Origin: an uncultured Gemmatimonadaceae bacterium
Lineage (GTDB): Bacteria; Gemmatimonadota; Gemmatimonadetes; Gemmatimonadales; Gemmatimonadaceae
Direction of reading: 5' to 3'
DNA: 64,000 nt
NCBI GenBank assembly: GCA_963822945.1
Contig: CAWGJO010000022.1
Span: 8,182 to 72,181, forward strand
Shown here: positions 9,459 to 18,026 of the stretch, in pieces
Layout: every line of letters starts with the position of its first letter
Position numbering within the stretch: the first letter of the stretch is position 1
Notes under the pieces: model-generated
Told to the model about the DNA's origin: nothing
What the model saw: only the letters and a program-made list of their open reading frames with translations
Database searches by the model: none
Made by a program: the position numbers and the translations under genes

Positions 9459-12101
9459 TCAGTTCTCGCTTCGCAGGGCCACCATGGGAGTGGAGGCGAA
9501 CACTTCCCGACTGGTCAGGAGCCCGATGGCCACGGCCAGCAGCGTCATGCCGGCGCTCACGGCCAGCGCGGGCACAACGGCGGGCGTGAAGGGCGTCTGG
9601 AAGATGAAGTGCATCAGCGCCCACGCGCCGCCCACCGAAAGGGCCACGCCCGCCACGCTGCCCAGCGCGCCGAGCAGCGCGTATTCGGCCAGCATGATGC
9701 GCCCGATCTGGCGTCGCGTGCCGCCCAGCGTCTTGAACAGCACGCCTTCCCGCAACCGCTCGCGGCGCGTGGCCGCCACGGCGCTGAACAGGACCGGCAC
9801 GCCGAGCAGGAGGCTGACGAGCGCCATGAACCGGATGGCCGTCGTCACGCGGGCGAGGACATCGGCCACGGTGCGCTGGACCAGCGACAGGTCGAGGCTC
9901 GAGACGTTGGGGAACTTGAGCACCACGTCGCGCTGCATGAGCGCGACGTCGCGCGGCGTGGGACCATAGGCCAGGAACACGAACTGCTTGGGCGCGTGCG
10001 CCAGAGCCCTGGGCTGGAACACCACGAAGAAGTTCGGCTGGAAGCGCGCCCACGCCACTTCGCGGAGACTGGTCACGCGCGTCCGCACGCGCACCCCCTG
10101 GACGTCCCACGTGATGGTGTCGCCCAACTGCACGCCGAGTTCGTCGGCGAGGCCGGCGTCGAGCGAGACCTGCGACATGGTGTCCCGGGCCGCGTCGAAC
10201 CAGCGTCCGGCCACGAGATGCTCCGTGGCGTCGAGCGTGTCGCGGTAGGTGGAGCGATACTGGCGGCGCAGCGCCCAGCGCGAGGGCCGGTGGGGCTGGG
10301 CGGCGGCGGCGCCGCCGCGCCCGCCCGCGCCGCGGGTCGCCGGCTGGGCCGCGGCCGGCCCGGAGTCACCCGCGGTCGACCGGGCGGCGGGCAGGCCGGC
10401 CAGGATCTGATCGGGCGTGCGCCCGTTGATCGACGCAATGCGCATGGGCACGATCGGCACCTGCTGCTCGATGGTGTAGTGGCCGGCGCGGATGATCGAA
10501 TCCACCCCGGGCGCTTCATCCTGCTGGACGTCGAAGAACACCACGTTGGCACGCACCTGATCGAGCCGCAGGTCCAACTGGCCGAGCAGGTTCTTCTGCG
10601 CCTGGTAGAGCGTGCTCACGAGGAACACGCCGAAGCCCAGCGAGAGGATCACGGAGCGTGTCTGATTGCCGGGCCGGTAGAGGCTGGCGATGCCATGGCG
10701 GATGACGAATGGCCAGCGCGGGCGCACCACGCGCCGCGCGAACGCCGTGAGCAGCACCGCCACCACCCACAGCGCTCCCACGGCGAGCAGAATGGCGACG
10801 CTGAAGCCGATGCCGTCGCGCAGCCGCTCGGAACGTTCGAGCGCGATGGCGAACACGCTGGCCACGATGGCGAACGAGACCACGTAGGTGGCGCTGTCGC
10901 GGCGCGCCTGCCGCATCACCGTGTCGTCCGACTCCCGGCGCAGCGCCTGGAGCGGCGACACCCCGCGGAGCGCGAGCAGCGGGCGCAACGCGAACACGAG
11001 CGCCACCCACACGCCGATGCCGAGTCCGGTGAGCAACGCCGCGGGCGCCAGCCGCACCGCGACGTTCACCGGCAGAAAATCCTTTACCGCCAGCGGCATC
11101 GCGAACTGCAGTCCCACGCCCAGTAGCGTGCCCGCGGCCGCGCCCACCAGTCCCATGACCGCGGCCTGCAGCACGTAGATCACCAGCACCTGGCCGCTGG
11201 TGGCGCCCAGGCACCGCAGGATCGCCACCGTGTCGATCTTGCGCATCACGAAGGCGTGCACGCCGCTGGCCACGCCGATGCCGCCGAGCAACAGCGCCAC
11301 CAGCCCCACGACGCTCAGAAAGTTGCGGAGTTGATCGATGGCATTGCTCAACCGGTACTCGTTCTGCGCCGCCGTGTGCACGCGGACGTCGTTCTTCGAG
11401 AGCACCCGGGCCGTGCGTCCCTCGAACTGCTCCGTGGTCTCGCCGGGCGGCAGCTTGACCAGCGCCTCGTAGTCGGCGCGGCTGCCGAACACCAGCAGGC
11501 CCGTCTCGTCGAGGTACCGGGCCGGGATGTACAGGCGCGGTCCGATAGCGGCGGTGACCGCGATCTCTCCCGGCACGCTGGCCAGCGTGCCCGTGATCTC
11601 GAACTGCGCCGTGCCGAGCGACAGCGAGTCGCCGATGTGCGCGTTGAGCGCCACCAGCAGCGAGGCGTCCACCACCACGTGACGGCCGTGCTGGAGGTCG
11701 CCCCACGCGGCGGCGGGGTCGGTCTCGATCTGCCCGTAGAACGGGTAGTCCGGCGTCACGGCTCGCACCTGCGACAGCCGCGTGAGCCCCGTGCGCGGCG
11801 CGAGCGCCATGGACGAGAAGCTGATCTGCCGCGCGATCGGCGTGCCGTGCGTGGTCAGCGAGTCGAACAGGCTGTCCACCGGCGGTGTGAACTTGGCCCG
11901 GCTGGTGAGCGACAGGTCGCCGCCCAGCAGGGCGCGCGACTGCTCGTGCACCGACTGCGTCACGTTCTGCGCGAAGGAGTCGATGGCGACGAGCGCCGCC
12001 ACGCCGAGCGTGATCGACGACATGTAGAGCAGGAGCCGCCGTCGCGCCGTGCGGCTCTCGCGCCACGCCACCGCCGCGAGGCGGCTGAACGACGCGCTCA
12101 C
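9459..12101 (-). CDS. ybbP: ABC transporter permease, FtsX/MacB-type duplicated (YbbP-like)
   Basis: 880-aa ORF with two FtsX-like 4-TM modules. GTG start overlaps the stop of the ATPase gene (GTGA). Conserved tesA<>ybbA-ybbP arrangement as in E. coli. Confidence 0.85.
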   Translation of the reverse strand: MSASFSRLAAVAWRESRTARRRLLLYMSSITLGVAALVAIDSFAQNVTQSVHEQSRALLGGDLSLTSRAKFTPPVDSLFDSLTTHGTPIARQISFSSMALAPRTGLTRLSQVRAVTPDYPFYGQIETDPAAAWGDLQHGRHVVVDASLLVALNAHIGDSLSLGTAQFEITGTLASVPGEIAVTAAIGPRLYIPARYLDETGLLVFGSRADYEALVKLPPGETTEQFEGRTARVLSKNDVRVHTAAQNEYRLSNAIDQLRNFLSVVGLVALLLGGIGVASGVHAFVMRKIDTVAILRCLGATSGQVLVIYVLQAAVMGLVGAAAGTLLGVGLQFAMPLAVKDFLPVNVAVRLAPAALLTGLGIGVWVALVFALRPLLALRGVSPLQALRRESDDTVMRQARRDSATYVVSFAIVASVFAIALERSERLRDGIGFSVAILLAVGALWVVAVLLTAFARRVVRPRWPFVIRHGIASLYRPGNQTRSVILSLGFGVFLVSTLYQAQKNLLGQLDLRLDQVRANVVFFDVQQDEAPGVDSIIRAGHYTIEQQVPIVPMRIASINGRTPDQILAGLPAARSTAGDSGPAAAQPATRGAGGRGGAAAAQPHRPSRWALRRQYRSTYRDTLDATEHLVAGRWFDAARDTMSQVSLDAGLADELGVQLGDTITWDVQGVRVRTRVTSLREVAWARFQPNFFVVFQPRALAHAPKQFVFLAYGPTPRDVALMQRDVVLKFPNVSSLDLSLVQRTVADVLARVTTAIRFMALVSLLLGVPVLFSAVAATRRERLREGVLFKTLGGTRRQIGRIMLAEYALLGALGSVAGVALSVGGAWALMHFIFQTPFTPAVVPALAVSAGMTLLAVAIGLLTSREVFASTPMVALRSEN

Positions 12102-12787
12102 CTGGCGGCCGCCCCCGCCACGCCGGTGTCCTCGACCACTTCGCCGTCGCTCAGGCGGATGATCCGGCCGGCGCGGGCCGCCAGCGCCGCATCGTGCGTG
12201 ACGAGCACGATGGTGGCGCCCGACTCGCGGTTGAGCTGCTCCAGCAACTCCACGATGCGCTGGCCGGTCTCGCTGTCCAGATTGCCCGTCGGCTCGTCGG
12301 CAAACAGGATGCGCGGTTCGTTGGAGAACGCGCGCGCGATGGCGACACGCTGCTGTTCACCTCCCGACAGCTCGGTGGGGAAGTGGTCCAACCGGTCGCC
12401 CAGGCCCACGCGCTTCAGCAGATCGCGCGCGCGGTCGGCGGCATGCGAATCTCCACGCAGTTCCAGGGGTACCTGTACATTCTCGATGGCGGTGAGCGTG
12501 GGGATCAATTGAAAGCTCTGGAACACGAAGCCAACTTTCGCTCCACGCAGACGCGCCCGCTGATCCTCATCCATCGCGCCGAGGTCGGCGTCGTCGAGGA
12601 GGACGGTGCCGCGCGACGGCGTGTCGAGCCCGGCCAGGAGGCCGAGGAGCGTCGTCTTGCCGCTGCCCGAGGGGCCGACGATGGCGACGAAGGCGCCCTG
12701 GGGGACGGAGAACGAAACGTCGCGGAGGACCGTCAACGGGCGATCTCCGACGCGATATTCCTTGGTGAGTTGACGAGCTTCGAGCAT
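12098..12787 (-). CDS. ybbA: ABC transporter ATP-binding protein (YbbA/LolD-like)
   Basis: In-frame part of ORF 12098..12973 starting MLEARQLTKEY. Walker A GPSGSGKTT, Q-loop, signature LSGGEQQRVAIARA, Walker B ILFADEPTGNLD. Confidence 0.9.
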   Translation of the reverse strand: MLEARQLTKEYRVGDRPLTVLRDVSFSVPQGAFVAIVGPSGSGKTTLLGLLAGLDTPSRGTVLLDDADLGAMDEDQRARLRGAKVGFVFQSFQLIPTLTAIENVQVPLELRGDSHAADRARDLLKRVGLGDRLDHFPTELSGGEQQRVAIARAFSNEPRILFADEPTGNLDSETGQRIVELLEQLNRESGATIVLVTHDAALAARAGRIIRLSDGEVVEDTGVAGAAAR

Positions 12788-13499
12788 GCGATTGCGATTG
12801 TGGACGTGGGGTCTGAGCGGGCTGCTGGCGCTCACGGCGTGCAGCGGGGCGGCCGAGCGCCGCCCGTCCGTCCAGACGAAGGATAGCACGGGGGCCGGTG
12901 GGGCGGTGGCCGCGCCGCCCGCGGCGCAGGCGCGCGATGCGCACACCGTGCTCTTCGTCGGCACCAGCCTCACCGCCGGACTCGGGCTCGACCCCGACAG
13001 CGCCTACCCGGCGCTCATCCAGCGCAAGATCGACTCGGCCGGGTTGCCCTTCCGCGTGGTCAACGCCGGGGTGAGCGGCGAGACATCGGCCGGCGCCCTG
13101 CGGCGGATGGACTGGCTGCTCCGCCAGCCCTTCGACGTGATGGTGCTCGAGACGGGCGCCAACGACGGGCTGCGCGGCACGCCCGTCACCGAAACGCGCG
13201 CGAACATCCAGGCCATCATCGACACCGTGCGGCGTCGGCGCCCGCAGGCGCGGATCGTCCTGGTGCAGATGGAGGCGCTGCCCAACCTCGGACAACGCTA
13301 CACGCGCGCCTTCCACGCGACCTTCCCGCTGCTCGCCCGGGAGAATCAGCTGGTGCTGCTGCCGTTCCTGCTCGACGGCGTGGCCGGCCACCCGTCACTG
13401 AATCAGGGGGACGGCATGCACCCGAACGACGCGGGCGAGAAGATCGTGGCAGAGAACGTGTGGCGCGGGCTGAAGCCCGTGCTCGAGAGCGACAAGTGA
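12786..13499 (+). CDS. tesA: SGNH/GDSL hydrolase lipoprotein (TesA-like arylesterase/thioesterase)
   Basis: Lipobox LLALTAC. Blocks FVGTSLTAG, NAGVSGETS, ETGANDGLRG and DGMHPN are collinear with E. coli TesA. Divergent from the ABC genes. Confidence 0.85.
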   Translation: MRLRLWTWGLSGLLALTACSGAAERRPSVQTKDSTGAGGAVAAPPAAQARDAHTVLFVGTSLTAGLGLDPDSAYPALIQRKIDSAGLPFRVVNAGVSGETSAGALRRMDWLLRQPFDVMVLETGANDGLRGTPVTETRANIQAIIDTVRRRRPQARIVLVQMEALPNLGQRYTRAFHATFPLLARENQLVLLPFLLDGVAGHPSLNQGDGMHPNDAGEKIVAENVWRGLKPVLESDK

Positions 13500-13524
13500 A
13501 GGGAGCCGGGTGAGCGTTCGCCCG

Positions 13525-15259
13525 TCACCGTCCCCCGTTCACGTTCCACGTCACCTGCTGCACGGCGTCGTCTCCCAACACGGCCGAGGTTGACGCCAGC
13601 GTGGAATCTCCCCGCACGAGGTGCAGTGCCAGCTTCGCCCCGAAGGGGACGCGGCAGACGATGAACCGGCCGTCGTTCGACGGCGTCACCTCGATCGTGC
13701 CGCTGGTCTGCGGCGTGGAATTGCCGGCTTCCACGTACGTCCAGCTCACGGCGAGGTTGGTGCCGGGGCCAAGCCGGCCCGAAGCGGCGGTGACCGTGCC
13801 GAGCACTACCGCCGAATGGGACGGCGTGGAGGCGTCGTCGTCGCAGAGACGGCTCACGGCCCGCGCCCGCGCCCGCATCGCGATGGTTCCCACGCGCAGC
13901 GTGTCGCGGCCCACAGCAATCGTTTGCTGGGCGCGGCGCGGGTCGATGAACGGGGCGTAGGCCGAGTCGACCACGTCCAGTCCGTATCGCCCGGGCACCA
14001 CGGGCGACAGCACGAATCGGCCGGAGCCGTCGGTCTCCGCGGCGCTCTGCGTCCCGTCGAGCCCGACGCGGACCCCGGCGAGTGGACGTCCGTCCGGATC
14101 GCGCACGAGCCCGGTGACCACGCCGAGCGAACTCTCGGCGTGGGAGCCGTCGGGCCAGTGGGCCGACAGCACCTCGCCGCCGATCTCGCGCCACTGGACC
14201 ACGTGCGTATCGTGGTACCCGGGGCTGGACGCGAGGCTTCCGCCCGCGTCGGCCCGGGGAGGCGCGCCCCGGCGTGGTGCTCGCCGCCATGGCCGGCAGT
14301 TGCATGTCCCAGCGCTCGATGTAGACCAGGCCGTTGGCCATGGTGCGGAACACCAGCGTGCCGCCCGTGCCCGCTTCGCGGTACGCGGGGTCGAGGCCCG
14401 TGTACGCGAAATCGAGCGTTCGCAGGGCCGGGTGGTCGCTCTCGATCCAGAGCGTGCCGTCCACGTCCACGAATCCCTCGGGTCGGCCACCCGGCGATGG
14501 CTCGAAGGAGAGCCCCACCTGTCTCGGATGCGCCGCGTCGCGCACGATCCCGAAGCAGTGCGTCGTCGCGAACTTCTCGTCGAGCAGGACGTCGGCATCG
14601 GGCGCAAGAAGGTGAGCGAGGACCCGTCACGCGCCATGTAGCCCTGGCGGGCGAATTCGGTTGCTTCACGCGACGCGACGAAGGGGCGCGCGGTGCGTGC
14701 CGCGCGGTGATGCGCGTGGACTGCTTGACCACGAGACGGGAGTCGGGGTCCTCGTCGGTGACGAACTCGATGACCGTCATGTTGCCCGGCTTGGCCTGGC
14801 GGGCGACCACCGCGGCGAGCAGGCCGGCACGCGCCTGTTCCCAGAGGGCCAATGCGCCGCTCTGGTCGTCGCTGCCCGGACAGATGGCGCGGTCGGAGAC
14901 GTGCACCCGGGTGAGCAGGGCGGGCAAGCTGAGCATCCGGATCTCCAGGCGGCGGCGCGGCGCTCCGCGGAGGCCGGGATCGCGACGGTCCGTGGCTGGA
15001 ACCCGATGCGAATGACGCGAAGGCGGGCCGGCCCTTCGGGGACTTCGACGGAGAAGCGCCCGGACTCGTCGGCTGATGGTGCGCATGCCGGGCTGGCCCG
15101 GCCGAGTCGAAGGCCGCGATCACGGCGCCGGGGACGGCGAGGTCCGCTGACGCTGTCTCGCACGACGCCGGTCACCCGCTGTGCGCCGAGCGTAGCGGCG
15201 GCGAACAGGGGGAGGAGGGAGAGCAGGGAGAGCCGGGTGGTACGGCCGAGCAATCGCAT
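13525..15259 (-). pseudogene. carboxypeptidase-regulatory-like domain protein, broken by at least 5 frame changes as assembled
   Basis: Signal peptide MRLLGRTTRLSLLSLLPLFAAATLGAQRVTGVVRDSVSG (frame of ORF 14777..15301). It continues through pieces of ORFs 13525..15123, 13854..15086 and 13403..14545, for example ESGRFSVEVPEGPARLRVIRIGF, LSLPALLTRVHVSDRAICPGSDDQSGALALWEQ, VGLSFEPSPGGRPEGFVDVDGTLWIESDHP and VVTGLVRDPDGRPLAGVRVGLDGT. Confidence 0.65.
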
Positions 15260-15422
15260 GGAGAACAGCGCCTCCTGAGCGTCGTCTTCAGAAGATTGCA
15301 CGGGGGCCGGGAGAGGGGGTTAAACGTTCATTAACTCTCGGCGCTGTCGACTGATGACCGTCGACGGGGGACTCTCGCCCCGTGGTCGCAGAGTCGGAGC
15401 GTCGGAGAGCCACACCCCCCAG

Positions 15423-15452
15423 TTGACCGTCCGGCGATCGATAGCCTAAATT
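15423..15452 (+). promoter_or_regulatory. sigma70-type promoter candidate for efp
   Basis: TTGACC-18 nt-TAAATT. The -10 is embedded in the inverted repeat ATAGCC-N10-GGCTAT. AAGGA RBS lies 9 nt before ATG 15498. Confidence 0.4.
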
Positions 15453-15497
15453 GCAAGGCTATCTACATTTACCACCAGATCTTAAGGATTTCACGAC

Positions 15498-16061
15498 ATG
15501 GCGATTCCCGCGACTCAGATTCGGCGCGGCATGGTGCTGGTGTTCAATGGCGACCCGTGCCGGGTGGTCGAATTCCGCCACCATACCCCCGGGAACCTGC
15601 GGGCCATGGTGCAGGCCAAGCTGAAGAACCTCCGTACCGGATCGGGGTTCGAGCACCGCTTCCGGGCGGCCGATTCCATCGAGCCGGCCTCGATGGAGAC
15701 GCACGAGCTGGAGTTCATGTACCAGGGTGGCGATCGCTACCACTTCATGAACACCGAGAATTACGACCAGTTGGAGATGGACGACGAGGCGCTGGGCGAC
15801 GCGGCGCCGTGGATGCAGCCGGGCATGAAGATCATCGCCGAGTACTACAACGGCAGTCCGGTGGGCATCAAGCTGCCCAACTCGCTCGTTCTCGAAGTGG
15901 TCGAGACGGCGCCGGTGATGAAGACGGCCACCAAGACGTCGTCGCCCAAGCCGGCGAAGCTCGAGAATGGGGTCACGGTGAACGTTCCGGAGTTCGTGGG
16001 CACGGGGGACAAGGTCAAAGTGAACCCGACCACGGGTGAATATCAGGAGCGCGCGAAGTAG
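15498..16061 (+). CDS. efp: translation elongation factor P
   Basis: 187 aa, collinear with E. coli EF-P over all three domains. The loop reads HHTPGNLRAMV where E. coli has FVKPGKGQAFA. Confidence 0.95.
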   Translation: MAIPATQIRRGMVLVFNGDPCRVVEFRHHTPGNLRAMVQAKLKNLRTGSGFEHRFRAADSIEPASMETHELEFMYQGGDRYHFMNTENYDQLEMDDEALGDAAPWMQPGMKIIAEYYNGSPVGIKLPNSLVLEVVETAPVMKTATKTSSPKPAKLENGVTVNVPEFVGTGDKVKVNPTTGEYQERAK

Positions 16062-16097
16062 CGGTCGTCGGCTCCCGGAATTGGCCGGAACGTGCAG

Positions 16098-16126
16098 TTG
16101 ATACGGTGTCTTGCGGCGGTTAAAAT
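16098..16126 (+). promoter_or_regulatory. strong sigma70-type promoter candidate for the tRNA operon
   Basis: TTGATA-17 nt-TAAAAT, about 50 nt upstream of tRNA-His. Confidence 0.55.
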
Positions 16127-16178
16127 GCTAGTCTGTCGCACCACGCGTGGGGCGATCGGACGCGCGAGCGTCCACCAT

Positions 16179-16253
16179 GGTGGCTGTAGCTCAATTGGTT
16201 AGAGCACCGGACTGTGGCTCCGGGGGTTGCGGGTTCAATTCCCGTCAGTCACC
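16179..16253 (+). tRNA. tRNA-His (GTG), with encoded G-1
   Basis: Hand-folded cloverleaf: G-1, acceptor GTGGCTG/CAGTCAC, anticodon arm CCGGA-CTGTGGC-TCCGG, T arm GCGGG-TTCAATT-CCCGT. Confidence 0.9.
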
Positions 16254-16294
16254 CTAACAGCAGTCGACAGTCTGCAGTTCGCAGTGCGCAGCCG

Positions 16295-16321
16295 TGACTG
16301 CCAACTGATGACTGCCAACTG
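16295..16321 (+). repeat. tandem direct repeat in the His-Trp spacer
   Basis: tgactgccaactg-a-tgactgccaactg (13-mer twice, period 14). Confidence 0.8.
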
Positions 16322-16334
16322 GAACCTGTCGTTT

Positions 16335-16407
16335 AGGTCGGTAGCTCAATTGGTAGAGCACTGGTCTCCAAAACCAGCGGTTGGGGGTTCGATTCCCTCC
16401 CGGCCTG
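16335..16407 (+). tRNA. tRNA-Trp (CCA)
   Basis: Acceptor AGGTCGG/CCGGCCT (one G-U pair), anticodon arm CTGGT-CTCCAAA-ACCAG, T loop TTCGATT. Confidence 0.9.
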
Positions 16408-16520
16408 TACGATGTTTGAATCCGCGAAGGACCGGCAGCACGGCAGGGCAGGAGCGCGCGGCATTGAGCGCGGGCTCGTGCCAGAGCACCACCGGCGGCG
16501 CGCCGCCGGCGAACACATGC

Positions 16521-16593
16521 GGCGGTATCGTCTAGGGGACTAGGACGGAGCCCTCTCAAGGCTCAAACACGGGTTCGAATCCCGTTACCGCTA
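16521..16593 (+). tRNA. tRNA-Glu (CTC)
   Basis: Acceptor GGCGGTA/TACCGCT (G1-U72), anticodon arm GAGCC-CTCTCAA-GGCTC, T arm ACGGG-TTCGAAT-CCCGT. Confidence 0.85.
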
Positions 16594-16604
16594 CTGGAAA
16601 CGGA

Positions 16605-16676
16605 GGCCCGTTCGTCTATCGGTTAGGACGGCACCCTTTCACGGTGCAGAGAGGGGTTCGATTCCCCTACGGGCTA
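16605..16676 (+). tRNA. tRNA-Glu (TTC)
   Basis: Acceptor GGCCCGT/ACGGGCT (G1-U72), anticodon arm GCACC-CTTTCAC-GGTGC, T arm AGGGG-TTCGATT-CCCCT. Confidence 0.85.
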
Positions 16677-16696
16677 TCGGACTTCGGTAAATTGGC

Positions 16697-16730
16697 AGGT
16701 CGGTAGGTCGGTAGGTCGGTAGGTCGGTAG
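16697..16730 (+). repeat. octanucleotide tandem repeat (AGGTCGGT) x 4.25 in the Glu-Asp spacer
   Basis: aggtcggtaggtcggtaggtcggtaggtcggtag read directly. Confidence 0.9.
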
Positions 16731-16739
16731 AAGCAGTGA

Positions 16740-16771
16740 CTGTCAGCTCACCGCTGTCGGCTCACGGCTCA
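16740..16771 (+). repeat. short direct repeats in the Glu-Asp spacer
   Basis: ctgtcagctcac-cg-ctgtcggctcac-ggctca. Confidence 0.7.
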
Positions 16772-16800
16772 AAGCTTTTCGTTGTTGGTTGTCGTAGCAT

Positions 16801-16875
16801 GGGGCCGTAGCTCAGTTTGGTTAGAGCACTCGACTGTCACTCGAGAGGTCGCGGGTTCGAGCCCCGTCGGCCCCG
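16801..16875 (+). tRNA. tRNA-Asp (GTC)
   Basis: Acceptor GGGGCCG/CGGCCCC, anticodon arm CTCGA-CTGTCAC-TCGAG, T arm GCGGG-TTCGAGC-CCCGT. Confidence 0.9.
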
Positions 16876-16884
16876 TAGTTGTAT

Positions 16885-16966
16885 GCCCTGGTGGTGAAAT
16901 TGGTAGACACGCCATCTTGAGGGGGTGGTGCCGCAAGGCGTCGCGGTTCGAGTCCGCGCCAGGGCA
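16885..16966 (+). tRNA. tRNA-Leu (GAG), long variable arm
   Basis: Acceptor GCCCTGG/CCAGGGC, anticodon arm CCATC-TTGAGGG-GGTGG, variable arm TGCCGCAAGGCGT, T arm CGCGG-TTCGAGT-CCGCG. Confidence 0.85.
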
Positions 16967-16993
16967 TGTCGGCGATCGCCTGGCGGTCGCTTC

Positions 16994-17065
16994 GCCAGCG
17001 TAGCTCAGTGGTAGAGCACCCGATTCGTAATCGGGCGGTCGTCAGTTCAATCCTGACCGCTGGCT
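16994..17065 (+). tRNA. tRNA-Thr (CGT)
   Basis: Acceptor GCCAGCG/CGCTGGC, anticodon arm CCCGA-TTCGTAA-TCGGG, T arm GTCAG-TTCAATC-CTGAC. Confidence 0.9.
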
Positions 17066-17080
17066 CTCGATTCCAAGCAC

Positions 17081-17120
17081 AACGCCCCGCTCGTCATGCG
17101 AGCGGGGCGTTCTCGTTTCC
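17081..17120 (+). terminator. rho-independent terminator of the tRNA operon
   Basis: Perfect 13-bp stem AACGCCCCGCTCG / CGAGCGGGGCGTT with a 5-nt loop, followed by ctcgtttcc. Confidence 0.7.
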
Positions 17121-17136
17121 GGGGGCCTGCGGCCGG

Positions 17137-17337
17137 CTAGAAGCCGGTCCGGCGGTGTCCGCGCGGGCCGCCGTCGCGCTTCCCCTTCGATCCAACGTTC
17201 GCGGTGATGGTTCGCACGGACCCGTAGGTCGTGAGTCGCGGCCCCTCGTACGCGCCGCCGCGCGACCCGGGCACCGGCGTCGCATCCGGCGCACCGGTCG
17301 GTGCGGGAATCGGGCGATCTTCGATTGGGCCGGGCAT
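17137..17337 (-). CDS. possible 66-aa small protein (speculative)
   Basis: Inner ATG of ORF 17137..17469: MPGPIEDRPIPAPTGAPDATPVPGSRGGAYEGPRLTTYGSVRTITANVGSKGKRDGGPRGHRRTGF. Third codon positions are mostly G/C, it fills an otherwise empty 230-nt gap, and there is no clear RBS. Confidence 0.25.
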   Translation of the reverse strand: MPGPIEDRPIPAPTGAPDATPVPGSRGGAYEGPRLTTYGSVRTITANVGSKGKRDGGPRGHRRTGF

Positions 17338-17347
17338 CTGGTGGTGG

Positions 17348-17887
17348 CTAAGCGCCCTGGGGACGGCTGTCCAGCGGCATCGACTGGCCGGGCGAGAGGT
17401 CGCGATGCAGCGCCGAGAGGTAGGCATCGAGATTCCCGGCATAGCCAAAGACGAACCGGGCGATCCCACGGCACATGGGGTGGATGATCTCCCCCCGCTC
17501 GGTGATCGTCACCCGCGTGCCGGCCCCCTCTTCCGTGAGTTCGTAGGTCCAAGTGCCCCCATACGTGAGGTTGCGGTCCCTGATCCGGACCACCAACCGC
17601 CGGGGTGGCGTCATCTCGTCGGTCTGGCAGGCGATGATGCCATGCAGGGCGTGCTCCCGCCACGCCGGGCGTCCGTCGACGGTGGTGAGCACATCCACCG
17701 CCTTCACGTCACGCCGCCAGCGCGGGTAGTCCGACACATTTGTGATCGCGGCCCAGACGCGGTGCAGGCTTGCGGGCACCACCGCCGATCGGGCGGTGAT
17801 GCGCGTCTGGGGGAACAAATAGCCGGCCGCGGCCGCCACGACGGTGAGCGCAATGAGCACGCCCGTGGCGACGATGATCCAGCGCAT
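17348..17887 (-). CDS. membrane-anchored SRPBCC (START/polyketide-cyclase-like) family protein
   Basis: In-frame tail of the composite ORF 17348..18892. MRWIIVATGVLIALTVVAAAAGYLF then SLHRVWAAITNVSDYPRWRRDVKAV...TWTYELTEEGAGTRVTITERGE. Confidence 0.75.
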   Translation of the reverse strand: MRWIIVATGVLIALTVVAAAAGYLFPQTRITARSAVVPASLHRVWAAITNVSDYPRWRRDVKAVDVLTTVDGRPAWREHALHGIIACQTDEMTPPRRLVVRIRDRNLTYGGTWTYELTEEGAGTRVTITERGEIIHPMCRGIARFVFGYAGNLDAYLSALHRDLSPGQSMPLDSRPQGA

Positions 17888-18026
17888 GGAGCCTCCGGGG
17901 GAAGAGACACCGCATCGCGTTGCACAAGTATTCCCCCTCACGGCCCGGACAGCAATACCTGAACCCGAACTGCCAGTTGGCCTTGGCCGGGTGGCCATGA
18001 CATGTTTGGGTATCGTCGAGAGAGTG

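Noticed and set aside
16697-16730. Possible CRISPR-like or mini-satellite array
   Set aside because: The unit is only 8 nt and strictly tandem with no spacers, and no cas genes are present. It is a simple tandem repeat inside a tRNA spacer.
17137-17337. Lasso-peptide (RiPP) precursor interpretation of the 66-aa ORF
   Set aside because: The peptide contains Y-E-G-P-R-L-T-T-Y-G, which resembles the YxxPxLxxxG lasso leader motif. However, no lasso cyclase, leader peptidase or PqqD-like gene is nearby. The residues after the candidate Thr do not give a permissible Gly/Ala/Ser/Cys core start with an Asp/Glu at ring position 7-9, except in a strained register. There is no RBS.
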